Assembly (NCBI GenBank): GCA_963667725.2
Contig: CAXXHO010000003.1
Coordinates: 1,568,001-1,632,000, forward strand
DNA length: 64,000 bases
Direction of reading: 5' to 3'
From: Treponemataceae bacterium
GTDB taxonomy: Bacteria; Spirochaetota; Spirochaetia; Treponematales; Rectinemataceae
Positions 11,218 through 21,970 of this stretch are shown here, one piece after another. Both the position numbers and the translations under genes were made by a program. The notes under the pieces were generated by a model. That model was given only the letters and a program-made list of their open reading frames with translations. It was not told where the DNA came from and ran no database searches. Each line of letters opens with the position of its first letter. The first letter of the stretch is position 1.

Positions 11218-12588
11218 ATGACGCTCACACTATCCAACCTGGCAAAGGCAGTCATTGATTCGCAGTACGCGGTGCGGGGGCCTATCGTCGCCCGGGCGCA
11301 GGAACTCGAACGGACAGGCCGGAAGATAATTTACTGCAATATCGGAAACCCCCAGGCCCTGGGACAGAAACCGCTGACCTACGTGCGTCAGGTTCTCGCT
11401 CTGACCGAATGGCCTGAGCTTGCGTCGAAGGCTTCCGAAGCCTTTCCCGAGGATATCCTGGCGACGGCGAAAACCATAATGACCGAATCCAAAAGCGGTC
11501 TGGGCGCGTACTCGGAATCCAAGGGGCTGAAGTTCGTCAGGAAAGCCATCGCGGAGTTCATACAAGAGCGGGATTCCGACGAGGCGCTCGCCGTCAAAGC
11601 CGACCCCGAGCATATTTATCTCACCGATGGCGCCTCCAAAGGCGTCCAGACCGCGCTGCGCTGCGTCATCGCTTCCGACCGCGACGGCGTCATGGTTCCC
11701 ACGCCCCAGTATCCTCTCTATTCGGCAGCGATCACTCTCTATGGCGGCGTGCAGGTGGGATATTATCTGGATGAGGCTTCCGGCTGGAGTCTTTCCCGCT
11801 GCATGCTCGACGAAGCTTATGCCAAGGCGCGAAAAGAGGGCACGAAGGTCAAGGCCATCTGCGTCATCAACCCCGGCAACCCCACCGGCTCGGTGCTTTC
11901 GCGAGACAATATCGCCATGGTCATCGGTTTCGCGAAGGAACACGGACTTTCCGTGCTCGCCGACGAAGTATACCAGAAAAACACCTATAGGGCTGAGGAC
12001 CGCTTTACCTCCTTCGCGAGAGTGCTTACCGAACTGGGCGAAAAGGAGGTGAGCCTTTTCAGCTTCCACTCATGTTCGAAGGGCTACCTCGGCGAATGCG
12101 GCCAGCGCGGCGGCTATATGGAAGTGAGGAACCTGGCCGAGGACGTCATCGCCCAGATCACGAAGCTCCAGTCCATCGCCCTCTGTTCCAATCTGCCGGG
12201 ACAGGTCCTCGTCTACCTGCTGGTGCGTCCGCCGCGCCCGGGCGATCAGTCCTACGAGCTTTTCATAAGCGAACGCGACGGCGTGATAGACGCGCTGAAG
12301 CGACGGGCGGCGCTTCTCGCGGAAGGCCTGGACAGCATTCCCGGCTATTCCTGCCAGCCCATCACGGGCGCCATGTACGCCTTCCCGACGATCACCCTGC
12401 CCGCCGGGCGGAACGACGACGAGTATTGCCTCGCCCTTCTCGAAAAGACAGGCATCTGCGTCATTCCGGGAAGCGGTTTCGGGCAGCTACCCGGTACGGC
12501 CCATTTCAGGACGACAATTCTACCCCCTCTCGAACAGATAGAGGAAGTGGTGAGCAAGATCAGGGAATTCCACCTTTCGTGGCGATAG
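11218..12588 (+). CDS. Alanine aminotransferase (class I/II PLP enzyme, GPT-like)
   Basis: YAVRGPI, NIGNPQALGQKP, INPGNPTG, ADEVYQ, SCSKGYLGECGQRGG, HFRTTILP. Confidence 0.88.
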   Translation: MTLTLSNLAKAVIDSQYAVRGPIVARAQELERTGRKIIYCNIGNPQALGQKPLTYVRQVLALTEWPELASKASEAFPEDILATAKTIMTESKSGLGAYSESKGLKFVRKAIAEFIQERDSDEALAVKADPEHIYLTDGASKGVQTALRCVIASDRDGVMVPTPQYPLYSAAITLYGGVQVGYYLDEASGWSLSRCMLDEAYAKARKEGTKVKAICVINPGNPTGSVLSRDNIAMVIGFAKEHGLSVLADEVYQKNTYRAEDRFTSFARVLTELGEKEVSLFSFHSCSKGYLGECGQRGGYMEVRNLAEDVIAQITKLQSIALCSNLPGQVLVYLLVRPPRPGDQSYELFISERDGVIDALKRRAALLAEGLDSIPGYSCQPITGAMYAFPTITLPAGRNDDEYCLALLEKTGICVIPGSGFGQLPGTAHFRTTILPPLEQIEEVVSKIREFHLSWR

Positions 12589-12598
12589 GAGACTAATC

Positions 12599-12874
12599 AT
12601 GGAAATGAAAGCCAGTCATATTCTCATCAAGGACAGGGCCTTGGCCCAGGAGCTTCTCAAGAGGATCAAGCAGGGCGCCAACTTCGAAAGCCTGGCGCGT
12701 GAACATTCGACCTGTCCCTCGAAGTCATCGGGGGGAGATCTCGGCTGGTTCGGGCCGGGGAAGATGGTCCCTCCCTTCGAATCGGCCTGCAAAGGCCTGG
12801 GCGTGGGCTCGATATCCGATGTCGTCCAGACCCAGTTCGGCTATCACATCATAAAGCTGACGGGACGCCGCTGA
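12599..12874 (+). CDS. ppiC: Parvulin-type peptidyl-prolyl isomerase
   Basis: ASHIL, HSTCPS, GGDLG, MVPPFE, TQFGYHII. Confidence 0.93.
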   Translation: MEMKASHILIKDRALAQELLKRIKQGANFESLAREHSTCPSKSSGGDLGWFGPGKMVPPFESACKGLGVGSISDVVQTQFGYHIIKLTGRR

Positions 12875-13591
12875 TCAGATTTTTTTCAGCTGCGCGATCA
12901 GGGCGCTCATATCCTTGGGCAGGGGAGCGCTCATGTCGATTTTCTTCCTGGTCACGGGATGGGTGAAAGCGAGCCTTTCGGCATGGAGGCCGGTGCGTTC
13001 CAGCAGAGGCCTCTCATCGAAAAGATCCCCTTTCCATTTGCGCTTGATCTGCGAAAGAAGGACGGGTTTACCGTCGCCGTAGAGCGGATCAGAGACTATC
13101 GGATAGCCGGTGGCCGCGCAGTGCACCCTGACCTGATGCGTTCTCCCCGTTTCCGGACGTACCTGCACGAGGGAAAAATCCCTGAACCTTTCGAGTGTCG
13201 TGAAGTGGCTGTATGCCGCCTTGCCCCGCTTCGAGTCCACGATGGTCCTGTGAAGCCTGTCGGCATCGGCCAGCAGCGGATCGTCGCAGTCCCATTCATC
13301 CTTTTCCGTCCTGCCTCTCACGATGGCGAGATACGATTTCTCCACGGTCCTCGAAAGAAACTGCGAGTTGAGAATCCTGTGGGATTCGACGTCTCTGGCA
13401 TAGAGAAGGACGCCGGAGGTGTCCTTGTCGATCCTGTGGACGACAAGGAGATGCCCGAAATCCTTCTCCAGGTAGGAAAGCGCGACCGGAGCGTCCGGGT
13501 CGTATCGATCGGGAATCGACAGGAGACCAGCGGGCTTGTTTATGATGACGATCGACTCGTCGGAAAATAAAATCTGTGGGCTGTTTATCAC
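12875..13591 (-). CDS. RluA-family pseudouridine synthase
   Basis: NKPAGL, HRIDKDTSG, TGRTHQVRVH, LHA. Confidence 0.93.
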   Translation of the reverse strand: MINSPQILFSDESIVIINKPAGLLSIPDRYDPDAPVALSYLEKDFGHLLVVHRIDKDTSGVLLYARDVESHRILNSQFLSRTVEKSYLAIVRGRTEKDEWDCDDPLLADADRLHRTIVDSKRGKAAYSHFTTLERFRDFSLVQVRPETGRTHQVRVHCAATGYPIVSDPLYGDGKPVLLSQIKRKWKGDLFDERPLLERTGLHAERLAFTHPVTRKKIDMSAPLPKDMSALIAQLKKI

Positions 13592-13674
13592 GCCCTCACT
13601 TTAGCATATCGGGCGTTTTTTGGAAACCTGTGGTTTCCGCGGTTTTCGGTCCACGCGCGACGGGAACTCGATTT

Positions 13675-14103
13675 TCAGGCAAAAATATCCCTCGCACGCC
13701 GCGAAACCTTGTCCAGCATCCTGCGCAGCGCGGCCCTCTCCTCCGAATCCAGCACATCGAGCGCGTCGCCCATGGATTCGGGCGCGAAGAGCCTCGCGGC
13801 GTCTATCCTGTCCAGGAGTTCCTCCCCCTGTCCGGTCAAACCAAGGCGGGCGGAACGCCTGTCCCTGACCACGGAGATGCGGCGCAGCCAGCCTTTCTGA
13901 ACGCACTTGAGCGCCACCAGGCTGAGCGTAGGCTTGTCCATGCCGAGTTCCGAAGCGGCCGCCGACAGGTTCAGCGCCCCCATCCGCCACGCCAGTCTGA
14001 CCAGATAAAACTGATGAAAGGTTATGCCGAATGGCATGAGAGCCTGCCCCACCCTTCTCCGCCAAAGCGCAAAGGCCATGCCCATGAAAAGATACTCGTC
14101 CAT
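13675..14103 (-). CDS. MarR-family transcriptional regulator
   Basis: GITFHQF, wHTH, DRRS wing motif, LTGQG; palindrome-like TAGTTAGTATACGAAAC just upstream. Confidence 0.85.
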   Translation of the reverse strand: MDEYLFMGMAFALWRRRVGQALMPFGITFHQFYLVRLAWRMGALNLSAAASELGMDKPTLSLVALKCVQKGWLRRISVVRDRRSARLGLTGQGEELLDRIDAARLFAPESMGDALDVLDSEERAALRRMLDKVSRRARDIFA

Positions 14104-14218
14104 ATAGTTAGTATACGAAACATTTTACATTTTTACTAGTTTATTCTTAAAAGATCTTGTCATTCGGCCCGATTATGGGTATCTTCAAGGCGACCTCACA
14201 GGTCACCAATCCATTTAG

Positions 14219-15889
<1,671 letters not shown>

Positions 15890-15909
15890 GCCCAACTTAA
15901 CTTGAAATG

Positions 15910-15940
15910 AAGGCAGCGTCCGCAAGGGCGCTGCCTTTTT
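15910..15940 (+). terminator. Intrinsic terminator of groL
   Basis: AAGGCAGCGTCC-GCAA-GGGCGCTGCCTT followed by a T run. Confidence 0.85.
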
Positions 15941-16146
15941 ATAGGCCGCGCCGCCCATACCGACCATGCCGCTACGGAAAAACGCGGAAGCCGAGGCGTG
16001 CGCGCCGCCAATCGCTTCGCGATTGGCGAGGAATGTGCGGAATGGATTGAATAGGATGTTTTAGATTAAAAAAACAGGAACTTCGGAGTTGCAGCTCCGA
16101 AGCCCCTAGGATGATCGCCGTATTTATTATCGCTTTCTTGACAGCC

Positions 16147-16725
16147 TTACACCCTCAACAAGCCGCGAAAACCCCGAACGCCATAGTAGGATTCGGCGCC
16201 GTTGTGATACACGAAGACTCTGTCATAGCGGCGATCGCCAAAAATCGCTCCCCCGAGTTTTCTAATCTCGGAAGGAGTCTTAAGCCAGCTTGAAGTTTTC
16301 GTATCGAATTCTCCCAATTCCTGAAGCTTCCGGTACTGGTCTTCAGTCAACAGCTCAATTCCCAGGGCGGCTGCCATATCGACCGCGGTATTTTCCGGTT
16401 TATGCTCTTTTCTTGACTCGAGACCTTCGCGGTCATAACAGATACTTCTTCGCCCTTTGGGACTTTCATCCGAGCAGTCGCAAAAAATGTATTCATCCAA
16501 TGCTTTGTCGAATCCTATGACATCAGGCTCGCCGCCTGACTTTTCCATTTCGTTCAGCGACCAAAGCTTTTCAGGACTTGCGGCGATTTTCGCCAGGACT
16601 TCGATCCAATGCATATCCTTATGACGGTTCATGTATTTGTCGAATCGGGACTTCAACGAATTTAACAATATCTCCTGCTGCCCCGGAGTAATGCTTTTTA
16701 GGCCGCTTATCATCTCCTCCTTCAT
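16147..16725 (-). CDS. DUF4256-family protein
   Basis: LWSLNEME.SGGEPDV, ESPKGRRSICYD, YHNGAESYY..RGFRG. Confidence 0.8.
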   Translation of the reverse strand: MKEEMISGLKSITPGQQEILLNSLKSRFDKYMNRHKDMHWIEVLAKIAASPEKLWSLNEMEKSGGEPDVIGFDKALDEYIFCDCSDESPKGRRSICYDREGLESRKEHKPENTAVDMAAALGIELLTEDQYRKLQELGEFDTKTSSWLKTPSEIRKLGGAIFGDRRYDRVFVYHNGAESYYGVRGFRGLLRV

Positions 16726-16849
16726 TCATCGTCTTCTGCGAATATAACACTTATATAATATATTCATAAAAGACTTGGAGATCGAGCCAAAAGCCGGCCG
16801 AATTCGGCAAGAACCGTCGCCATGAGCCTCTAGATAACTCTTTTGATCC

Positions 16850-18904
16850 CTAGCACTTTCTCTCCCCATCGATGTCCGCGAAATCGACCATGAGGCTTCT
16901 GCCGTCCCGCAGCTGGAGGCGGACGCCCAGAGCCGAATAGCTCGGAGTGATGTCCATTATCTCGATGGACTTGACAGGGTCCAGTTCCTCATCGGTCCAG
17001 GATCCATCGTCCGTTCTGTGCAATAGGACGCTTATCATGAGTTCCATGGCGGGGTTCTTGGTCAAACGCTTCTTATGGGCGTAGACGACGGTACTTTCGT
17101 CGGTTTCGGCATTGCGCCCTGAATGGACCAGCGTCGCGAGATCGTCCCAGCCTGAGTAAGCCACGATAGCGACGCGTCTGCCGGGAATGGCGGCGGTGAG
17201 AACCTTGCGTCGGGCATTGGCAAAGGTTCGCGTGAGCGCGGGCTTGCCGTTCAGATGGGGCAAGCCGTAGCATCCCAGGGTCAGTTCATGTTCGAAGGCC
17301 AGGCGCGATCTGTCCACGCGCAAGACCCCGCCGGGAATGCAGACCTCGGCCAAGTCGATGATGTAGCCCACGCCGTTGTTGGGCGGCTGGCGCATGATAG
17401 CCTGGCGGTACAGGACTTCTCCGCGGATACCGTTGTACACCATGCTTTTCGAGGTAGTGTAGTCGGCCTTCGCGGCCGCCTCATTCTTGATAGTCTTGCC
17501 CGTGAGGTAAAAATTGATGTCATCGCCCCGCAGATCCCGGGGATCCAGGCTTCGGAAGGCGTATTCCATGGCTGTACCGCCCTCAGGATCATGGTCCTCC
17601 CAGGGGAAATAGGTGTTGTAGGCCAACTTGGAATAGTTGGGATCGTCGTAGTAGGTCTTTCCAGGCACTATTTCGGAAGCTCCCGTCTTGCCGTGGTTCA
17701 CCAGGATGAGACCGGGCTTTTCTAGCACCGATACCTTGGAGGCCTCTCCGAGCTCAGGCCAGAATCCCTCGTTTTCGGTGGCCGTCCAGAAGGGCGAATC
17801 GTCGGGCAGGGCCAGGCAGATGAAGGGCAGGAACATGAGGAAGGGGCTGCCGGGGCAGGAGTAGTTCTGGACCATGTACTCCTTGTGCCCGTAGAAGCCC
17901 AGTGCGGGGATGTCGTTGAAGTAGAAATCCTCGCGGGATACGAACTGGAGTATGGAACCGGAGCAGAGGCGCCTCGCCCAGCCCGGATCCAGGGGCGAGC
18001 CGCCTTTGAGCATGAATGAGACGGGGAAACCGCCCGAAATCCAGGTGCGGTAGCAGATCGAGCGGGCCCACATGTTGATGTAGCCGTCCCGGGCAAAAAA
18101 GTTCGGATAGGTCTTCATCATCTCATGGGCCGAGCGCTCTATCGTGGCCGCGATTTCAGGATAGTGCTCGTCGCCGAAGGCCCGGTTCCAGATGGTGCCG
18201 TACACGATGAAGAGGCTGATCGTGTAGTAGTTGTAGGTCTGCTCCAGGTACCAGCCTTCGCCGGAATGATAGGACACCACCCATAAGAGATGGCTTTTGA
18301 GCAGCTCATCGTCGATCTCGTATCCCTGCTTTTTAAGGAAGGAGAGGGCCACCAGGTTGAATATGCGCCAGTTGTTCTGAGTCGTCCGGTGATGGGCCCA
18401 GGCCGATATGCATACGGCCATTTCGTCCTTCTGCGCTTTCGTGAAATATGGCCAGATCACGTCGGGCAGTAACAGGAGTGTTTTGAGGAGGCCACCGAAT
18501 TCGCAGGTGAACTGGTAGGTGGCATCGGGCATGTCGTCGGGCAGGGGCAAGGATTGGGGATTGCCGGGGGTGAACATCTTATAGAGCTGGTTGCAGTAAT
18601 AGTCCCGCAATTTGATGCCCCGTATCTCTACTTCGGGCTCCACGTGCATGAGGGGGGCGGCCAGGGTCAGGCTCCGCTCCAAAGACTCGAACTCGTGGGA
18701 GCGGAAGCGCCAGGGCGGGGAATCAGCCTGGGGATAAGTCTTGCCGGGGACGATAGGAAAGGCGAAGGGAGCATCTTTGTCCACCACATGGGTAAAGGCC
18801 CGTTCCAGAAGGTACTTGGCGCACTCGATATAGTGCTTCTTTGTCATACCTGTAAAAGGGCTTGCGCTGAAATCCGGGTTCTTCACGCTGAAGGCTGCAT
18901 CCAT
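16850..18904 (-). CDS. DUF2264-domain protein (putative carbohydrate-active enzyme)
   Basis: NNWRIF, GEGWY, RSICYR and YSCPGSP motifs; downstream of a TRAP transporter. Confidence 0.7.
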   Translation of the reverse strand: MDAAFSVKNPDFSASPFTGMTKKHYIECAKYLLERAFTHVVDKDAPFAFPIVPGKTYPQADSPPWRFRSHEFESLERSLTLAAPLMHVEPEVEIRGIKLRDYYCNQLYKMFTPGNPQSLPLPDDMPDATYQFTCEFGGLLKTLLLLPDVIWPYFTKAQKDEMAVCISAWAHHRTTQNNWRIFNLVALSFLKKQGYEIDDELLKSHLLWVVSYHSGEGWYLEQTYNYYTISLFIVYGTIWNRAFGDEHYPEIAATIERSAHEMMKTYPNFFARDGYINMWARSICYRTWISGGFPVSFMLKGGSPLDPGWARRLCSGSILQFVSREDFYFNDIPALGFYGHKEYMVQNYSCPGSPFLMFLPFICLALPDDSPFWTATENEGFWPELGEASKVSVLEKPGLILVNHGKTGASEIVPGKTYYDDPNYSKLAYNTYFPWEDHDPEGGTAMEYAFRSLDPRDLRGDDINFYLTGKTIKNEAAAKADYTTSKSMVYNGIRGEVLYRQAIMRQPPNNGVGYIIDLAEVCIPGGVLRVDRSRLAFEHELTLGCYGLPHLNGKPALTRTFANARRKVLTAAIPGRRVAIVAYSGWDDLATLVHSGRNAETDESTVVYAHKKRLTKNPAMELMISVLLHRTDDGSWTDEELDPVKSIEIMDITPSYSALGVRLQLRDGRSLMVDFADIDGERKC

Positions 18905-18971
18905 CGGTCCACTCTCCTTTAATCGCGCGGTATCACCGTAGTATATGACAGTCTTGTAGAGGACAGTCTTG

Positions 18972-20264
18972 CTAGAATTTCCCGAATATCATATTCGGAA
19001 TCCAGGTAACCAGTCCGGGGAAAAACACGAGGAGACAGAGCTCCAACATGATGGCGGCGAAGAATGGAAGCGCAGCCTTGGTGTAATCCTCCACCTTGCA
19101 GTCTATTATGCCGCAGACCGAGTACAGGGCTGCTCCGATGGGCGGTGTCATGACGCCCAGGGTGACCACGGTGGCCATGAGTACGCCGAAATGCACCGGG
19201 TCGACGCCCAGGCTCTTCACCATGGGCAGGAAAATTGGCGTTAAAAGAAGAAAATTCACGTTGCTGTCCACAAACATCCCTGTTATGAAGAGAAACACGA
19301 GCATGATAATCACCAGGAGCTGGGGATTGGAGGTTATGCCGAAAATGAGCTTACTCAAAGCCACGGGGAGTTGGACCCATGTGAGGGCCCACTGGAATGA
19401 TCCCGAGAGGGCGATGATGAGCATGATAGCCCCATTATCCTTAAAGCTGGTCACCAGGGCATTCTTGAATTTTTCCCAGCTTAGCTCCTTATACACGAAC
19501 TTGCCGATAACGATGGCGTAGATGACGGCGAAGGCGCCGGATTCCGATGGCGTGAACACGCCAAACCTTATGCCGACAATCAGGAGCACTGGGAAGAGTA
19601 ATGCCCAGATGGATTCTTTGAGGTTCTTGAAAAGTTCGGTCAGACTGAGCTTCGGCGCTTCGGGGCGAGGGGGATCATATTTATGATAGCGGCTGGTTAT
19701 GGAGGTAGTGGCCATCAGAAAGAACATCATCAGGATACCGGGGATGATCCCTCCGGCGAAGAGGCGGCCGATGGACACTTCACCGACAAAACCGAAGATG
19801 ATGAAGCCAAGGCTGGGAGGAATGGTGGCGGTGATCAGGGCTGTCGTACAGTTGACCGCCACGATATACCCCTTCTTGTAGCCAATTCGCTGCATTTCGG
19901 GGCCGAGAATCCTCGTCTCCATCATGGCGTCAGCCGTGGCCGAACCCGAGACGCCTCCCATCAACGTGCTCATCACGACGCTGATCTGAGCCGTACCCCC
20001 GTACATACGCCGAGTCAAGAGGCGGGCCAGGCTCAAGAGCCTGCTGGTGATGCCCGACACATTCATCAGGTTTCCGGCGAATATAAAGAAGGGGACAGCG
20101 AGGAAGGCGAAGGATTGGCTCTGTTGGACCGTCATCTGCACGGCAATTTCAAAAGGAAGCTGCGGTTGGGAAAGGAAATACGCGAAACCAGCTATTCCAA
20201 TAACAAAGGCTATGGGCATCCCCATGAGCATGAAAATGACAAAGCATAGCAATAGCAAGGTCAT
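18972..20264 (-). CDS. TRAP transporter large permease (DctM-like)
   Basis: AVPFFIFAG, GGVSGSATAD, IPPS, FTPSE, TPPIG. Confidence 0.93.
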   Translation of the reverse strand: MTLLLLCFVIFMLMGMPIAFVIGIAGFAYFLSQPQLPFEIAVQMTVQQSQSFAFLAVPFFIFAGNLMNVSGITSRLLSLARLLTRRMYGGTAQISVVMSTLMGGVSGSATADAMMETRILGPEMQRIGYKKGYIVAVNCTTALITATIPPSLGFIIFGFVGEVSIGRLFAGGIIPGILMMFFLMATTSITSRYHKYDPPRPEAPKLSLTELFKNLKESIWALLFPVLLIVGIRFGVFTPSESGAFAVIYAIVIGKFVYKELSWEKFKNALVTSFKDNGAIMLIIALSGSFQWALTWVQLPVALSKLIFGITSNPQLLVIIMLVFLFITGMFVDSNVNFLLLTPIFLPMVKSLGVDPVHFGVLMATVVTLGVMTPPIGAALYSVCGIIDCKVEDYTKAALPFFAAIMLELCLLVFFPGLVTWIPNMIFGKF

Positions 20265-20743
20265 TTCGACTCTCCTTTGCCCGCCATCTGCAGAATGAGC
20301 TTTCGAATCTTCTGGATCGTAGAGAAGAACATTGAGACTGAGGCCACGACTAGGCTAAGGGTAACCAAAGCCAGGGGGATGGGCATGGATTGATAGCGGC
20401 TTACGCGTTCTGTCCATGCAAGTCTTGTACCGAAGATAGCCATGACCACCAAGGTAGCCGCGATTATCAAGAGTACGATGAGCTCTACTATCCATCTGAT
20501 CTTTGCCGGCAGCTTGCGTGTCACTATATCGACGCCAATTATCTGGCCATGGCGCCAGGCTACATCAGCGCCCAGAAATGCTGTCCACGCCAGGCAGAGC
20601 ATTGCCAGGTCGATATACCAGGACATCGAAAGCTTAAAAAGGCGCAAAATGGCCGAGAGGAAGATGAAGAAAATCAGAAATCCGAAGCCCAGGCCACAGA
20701 CTATTTCTTCGACCCTGCAGAACCATAGGTAGATCTTTCTCAT
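20261..20743 (-). CDS. TRAP transporter small permease (DctQ-like)
   Basis: Four TM helices, W.AFLGA...IGVD; lies between the DctP-like and DctM-like genes. Confidence 0.88.
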   Translation of the reverse strand: MRKIYLWFCRVEEIVCGLGFGFLIFFIFLSAILRLFKLSMSWYIDLAMLCLAWTAFLGADVAWRHGQIIGVDIVTRKLPAKIRWIVELIVLLIIAATLVVMAIFGTRLAWTERVSRYQSMPIPLALVTLSLVVASVSMFFSTIQKIRKLILQMAGKGESK

Positions 20744-20835
20744 ACTGACTCCAAAAGAGATACATGAGATGCGAAGGCAGGGTAGGAGAAGCAGGTACAT
20801 TACCCTGCCCCTCCTCTATCCTGCCTATGGGTGAC

Positions 20836-21825
20836 TTACATGCCCAGCTGCTTGAAGAGTTTCTCCTTGAGTCCGGATGAGAACTTGAGGTCGTTATTGG
20901 TGTACAGGGGGGCGATGGCGTCCTGGAATTCCTTGATGTTGACCTCGTTGATAGTGACGCCGCGCTGCCTCATCTGGTCGTAATAGCCGGCTTCATCCTT
21001 CTCGGCGAGGGCTCCGTATTCCAGCGCCTTGTCTCGGATGGTTTTGAGGAAGAACGCTTTCGCGTCAGGAGGCATCGCGTTGAGGAGCCTGGTGGAACAG
21101 ACGAAGGAGGTCTGGAGCATGTAGTGCTTGGTCATGGCGATGTACTTGGTCACGTCCCAGAAGGCTGCGCCGGCGGCGGCCGACACCTGTACCTCGGTGC
21201 CGTCCAGAGTCTTCTGCTGGATGGCGGGGAAGACTTCGCCGAAGGAAATGGCGATGTTGGCAAAGCCGAAATACTTGGCCAGGGCGTTGCCGATGTCGTT
21301 GCCGAAGCCGCGGATCCTGAGGCCCGAAAGGTCTTTGACCGTCTTTACCGGCTTGGTCGTGTAGAAGTTGCGGAAGCCGTTGTACATGTTGGCGACAAAG
21401 ATAATGCCCTGGGCTTCGAGCTTTTTGGACCACTCCTTGAAGAGATCGGTGTCCGGCAGATTCTTGAGCACCGCCGGGTCGGTGAGAATGTAGGGGGCCA
21501 TCAGGATGTTGAGATCGGGAATGGCGAACTGGCTGGCCAGGCGGCCGGGATCCGAAGGCACCACGAGGGGAATCCCCAATTTGGCCTGGGTCACCAGGGC
21601 GTTGGTGTCGCCGGAGAGGGCTCCAGCCACAAAAACCTTGGCATCGAAGCGGCCGTCGGCGTTCAGGACATCGGCCACTGCCTGCATCATCTTGCTCTGG
21701 GTGGTGTTCGCGGCCTCGGTGCCCGCGAAGGTTACAGGAATTTTTGCCTGGCCGCTTACCATAGCCACGGCGAAAAAGGCTATGGCCAGCAACGCCACCA
21801 TCTTAAAAGACCGAATCCGTTTCAT
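20836..21825 (-). CDS. TRAP transporter substrate-binding protein (DctP-like)
   Basis: Signal peptide, GFRNF, DLSGLRIR, EVFPAIQQKTLDGTE. Confidence 0.9.
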   Translation of the reverse strand: MKRIRSFKMVALLAIAFFAVAMVSGQAKIPVTFAGTEAANTTQSKMMQAVADVLNADGRFDAKVFVAGALSGDTNALVTQAKLGIPLVVPSDPGRLASQFAIPDLNILMAPYILTDPAVLKNLPDTDLFKEWSKKLEAQGIIFVANMYNGFRNFYTTKPVKTVKDLSGLRIRGFGNDIGNALAKYFGFANIAISFGEVFPAIQQKTLDGTEVQVSAAAGAAFWDVTKYIAMTKHYMLQTSFVCSTRLLNAMPPDAKAFFLKTIRDKALEYGALAEKDEAGYYDQMRQRGVTINEVNIKEFQDAIAPLYTNNDLKFSSGLKEKLFKQLGM

Positions 21826-21970
21826 ATCTCCTCCTTGAAATAGAAAGGGTGATGGAAATCTCATGTCCATCCTTGAACGGGTTGGGTCTGCGGTCAATCA
21901 AATATATTATGAACTATCTACAGATAATTATGATCGGCGAGAATGGGCGCAAAAAATGTCCGTGGAGACA

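Noticed and set aside
15960..16110. Hairpins between groL and the DUF4256 gene
   Set aside because: Consistent with terminators of convergent genes; I noticed no second copy in the window to support a REP or MITE call
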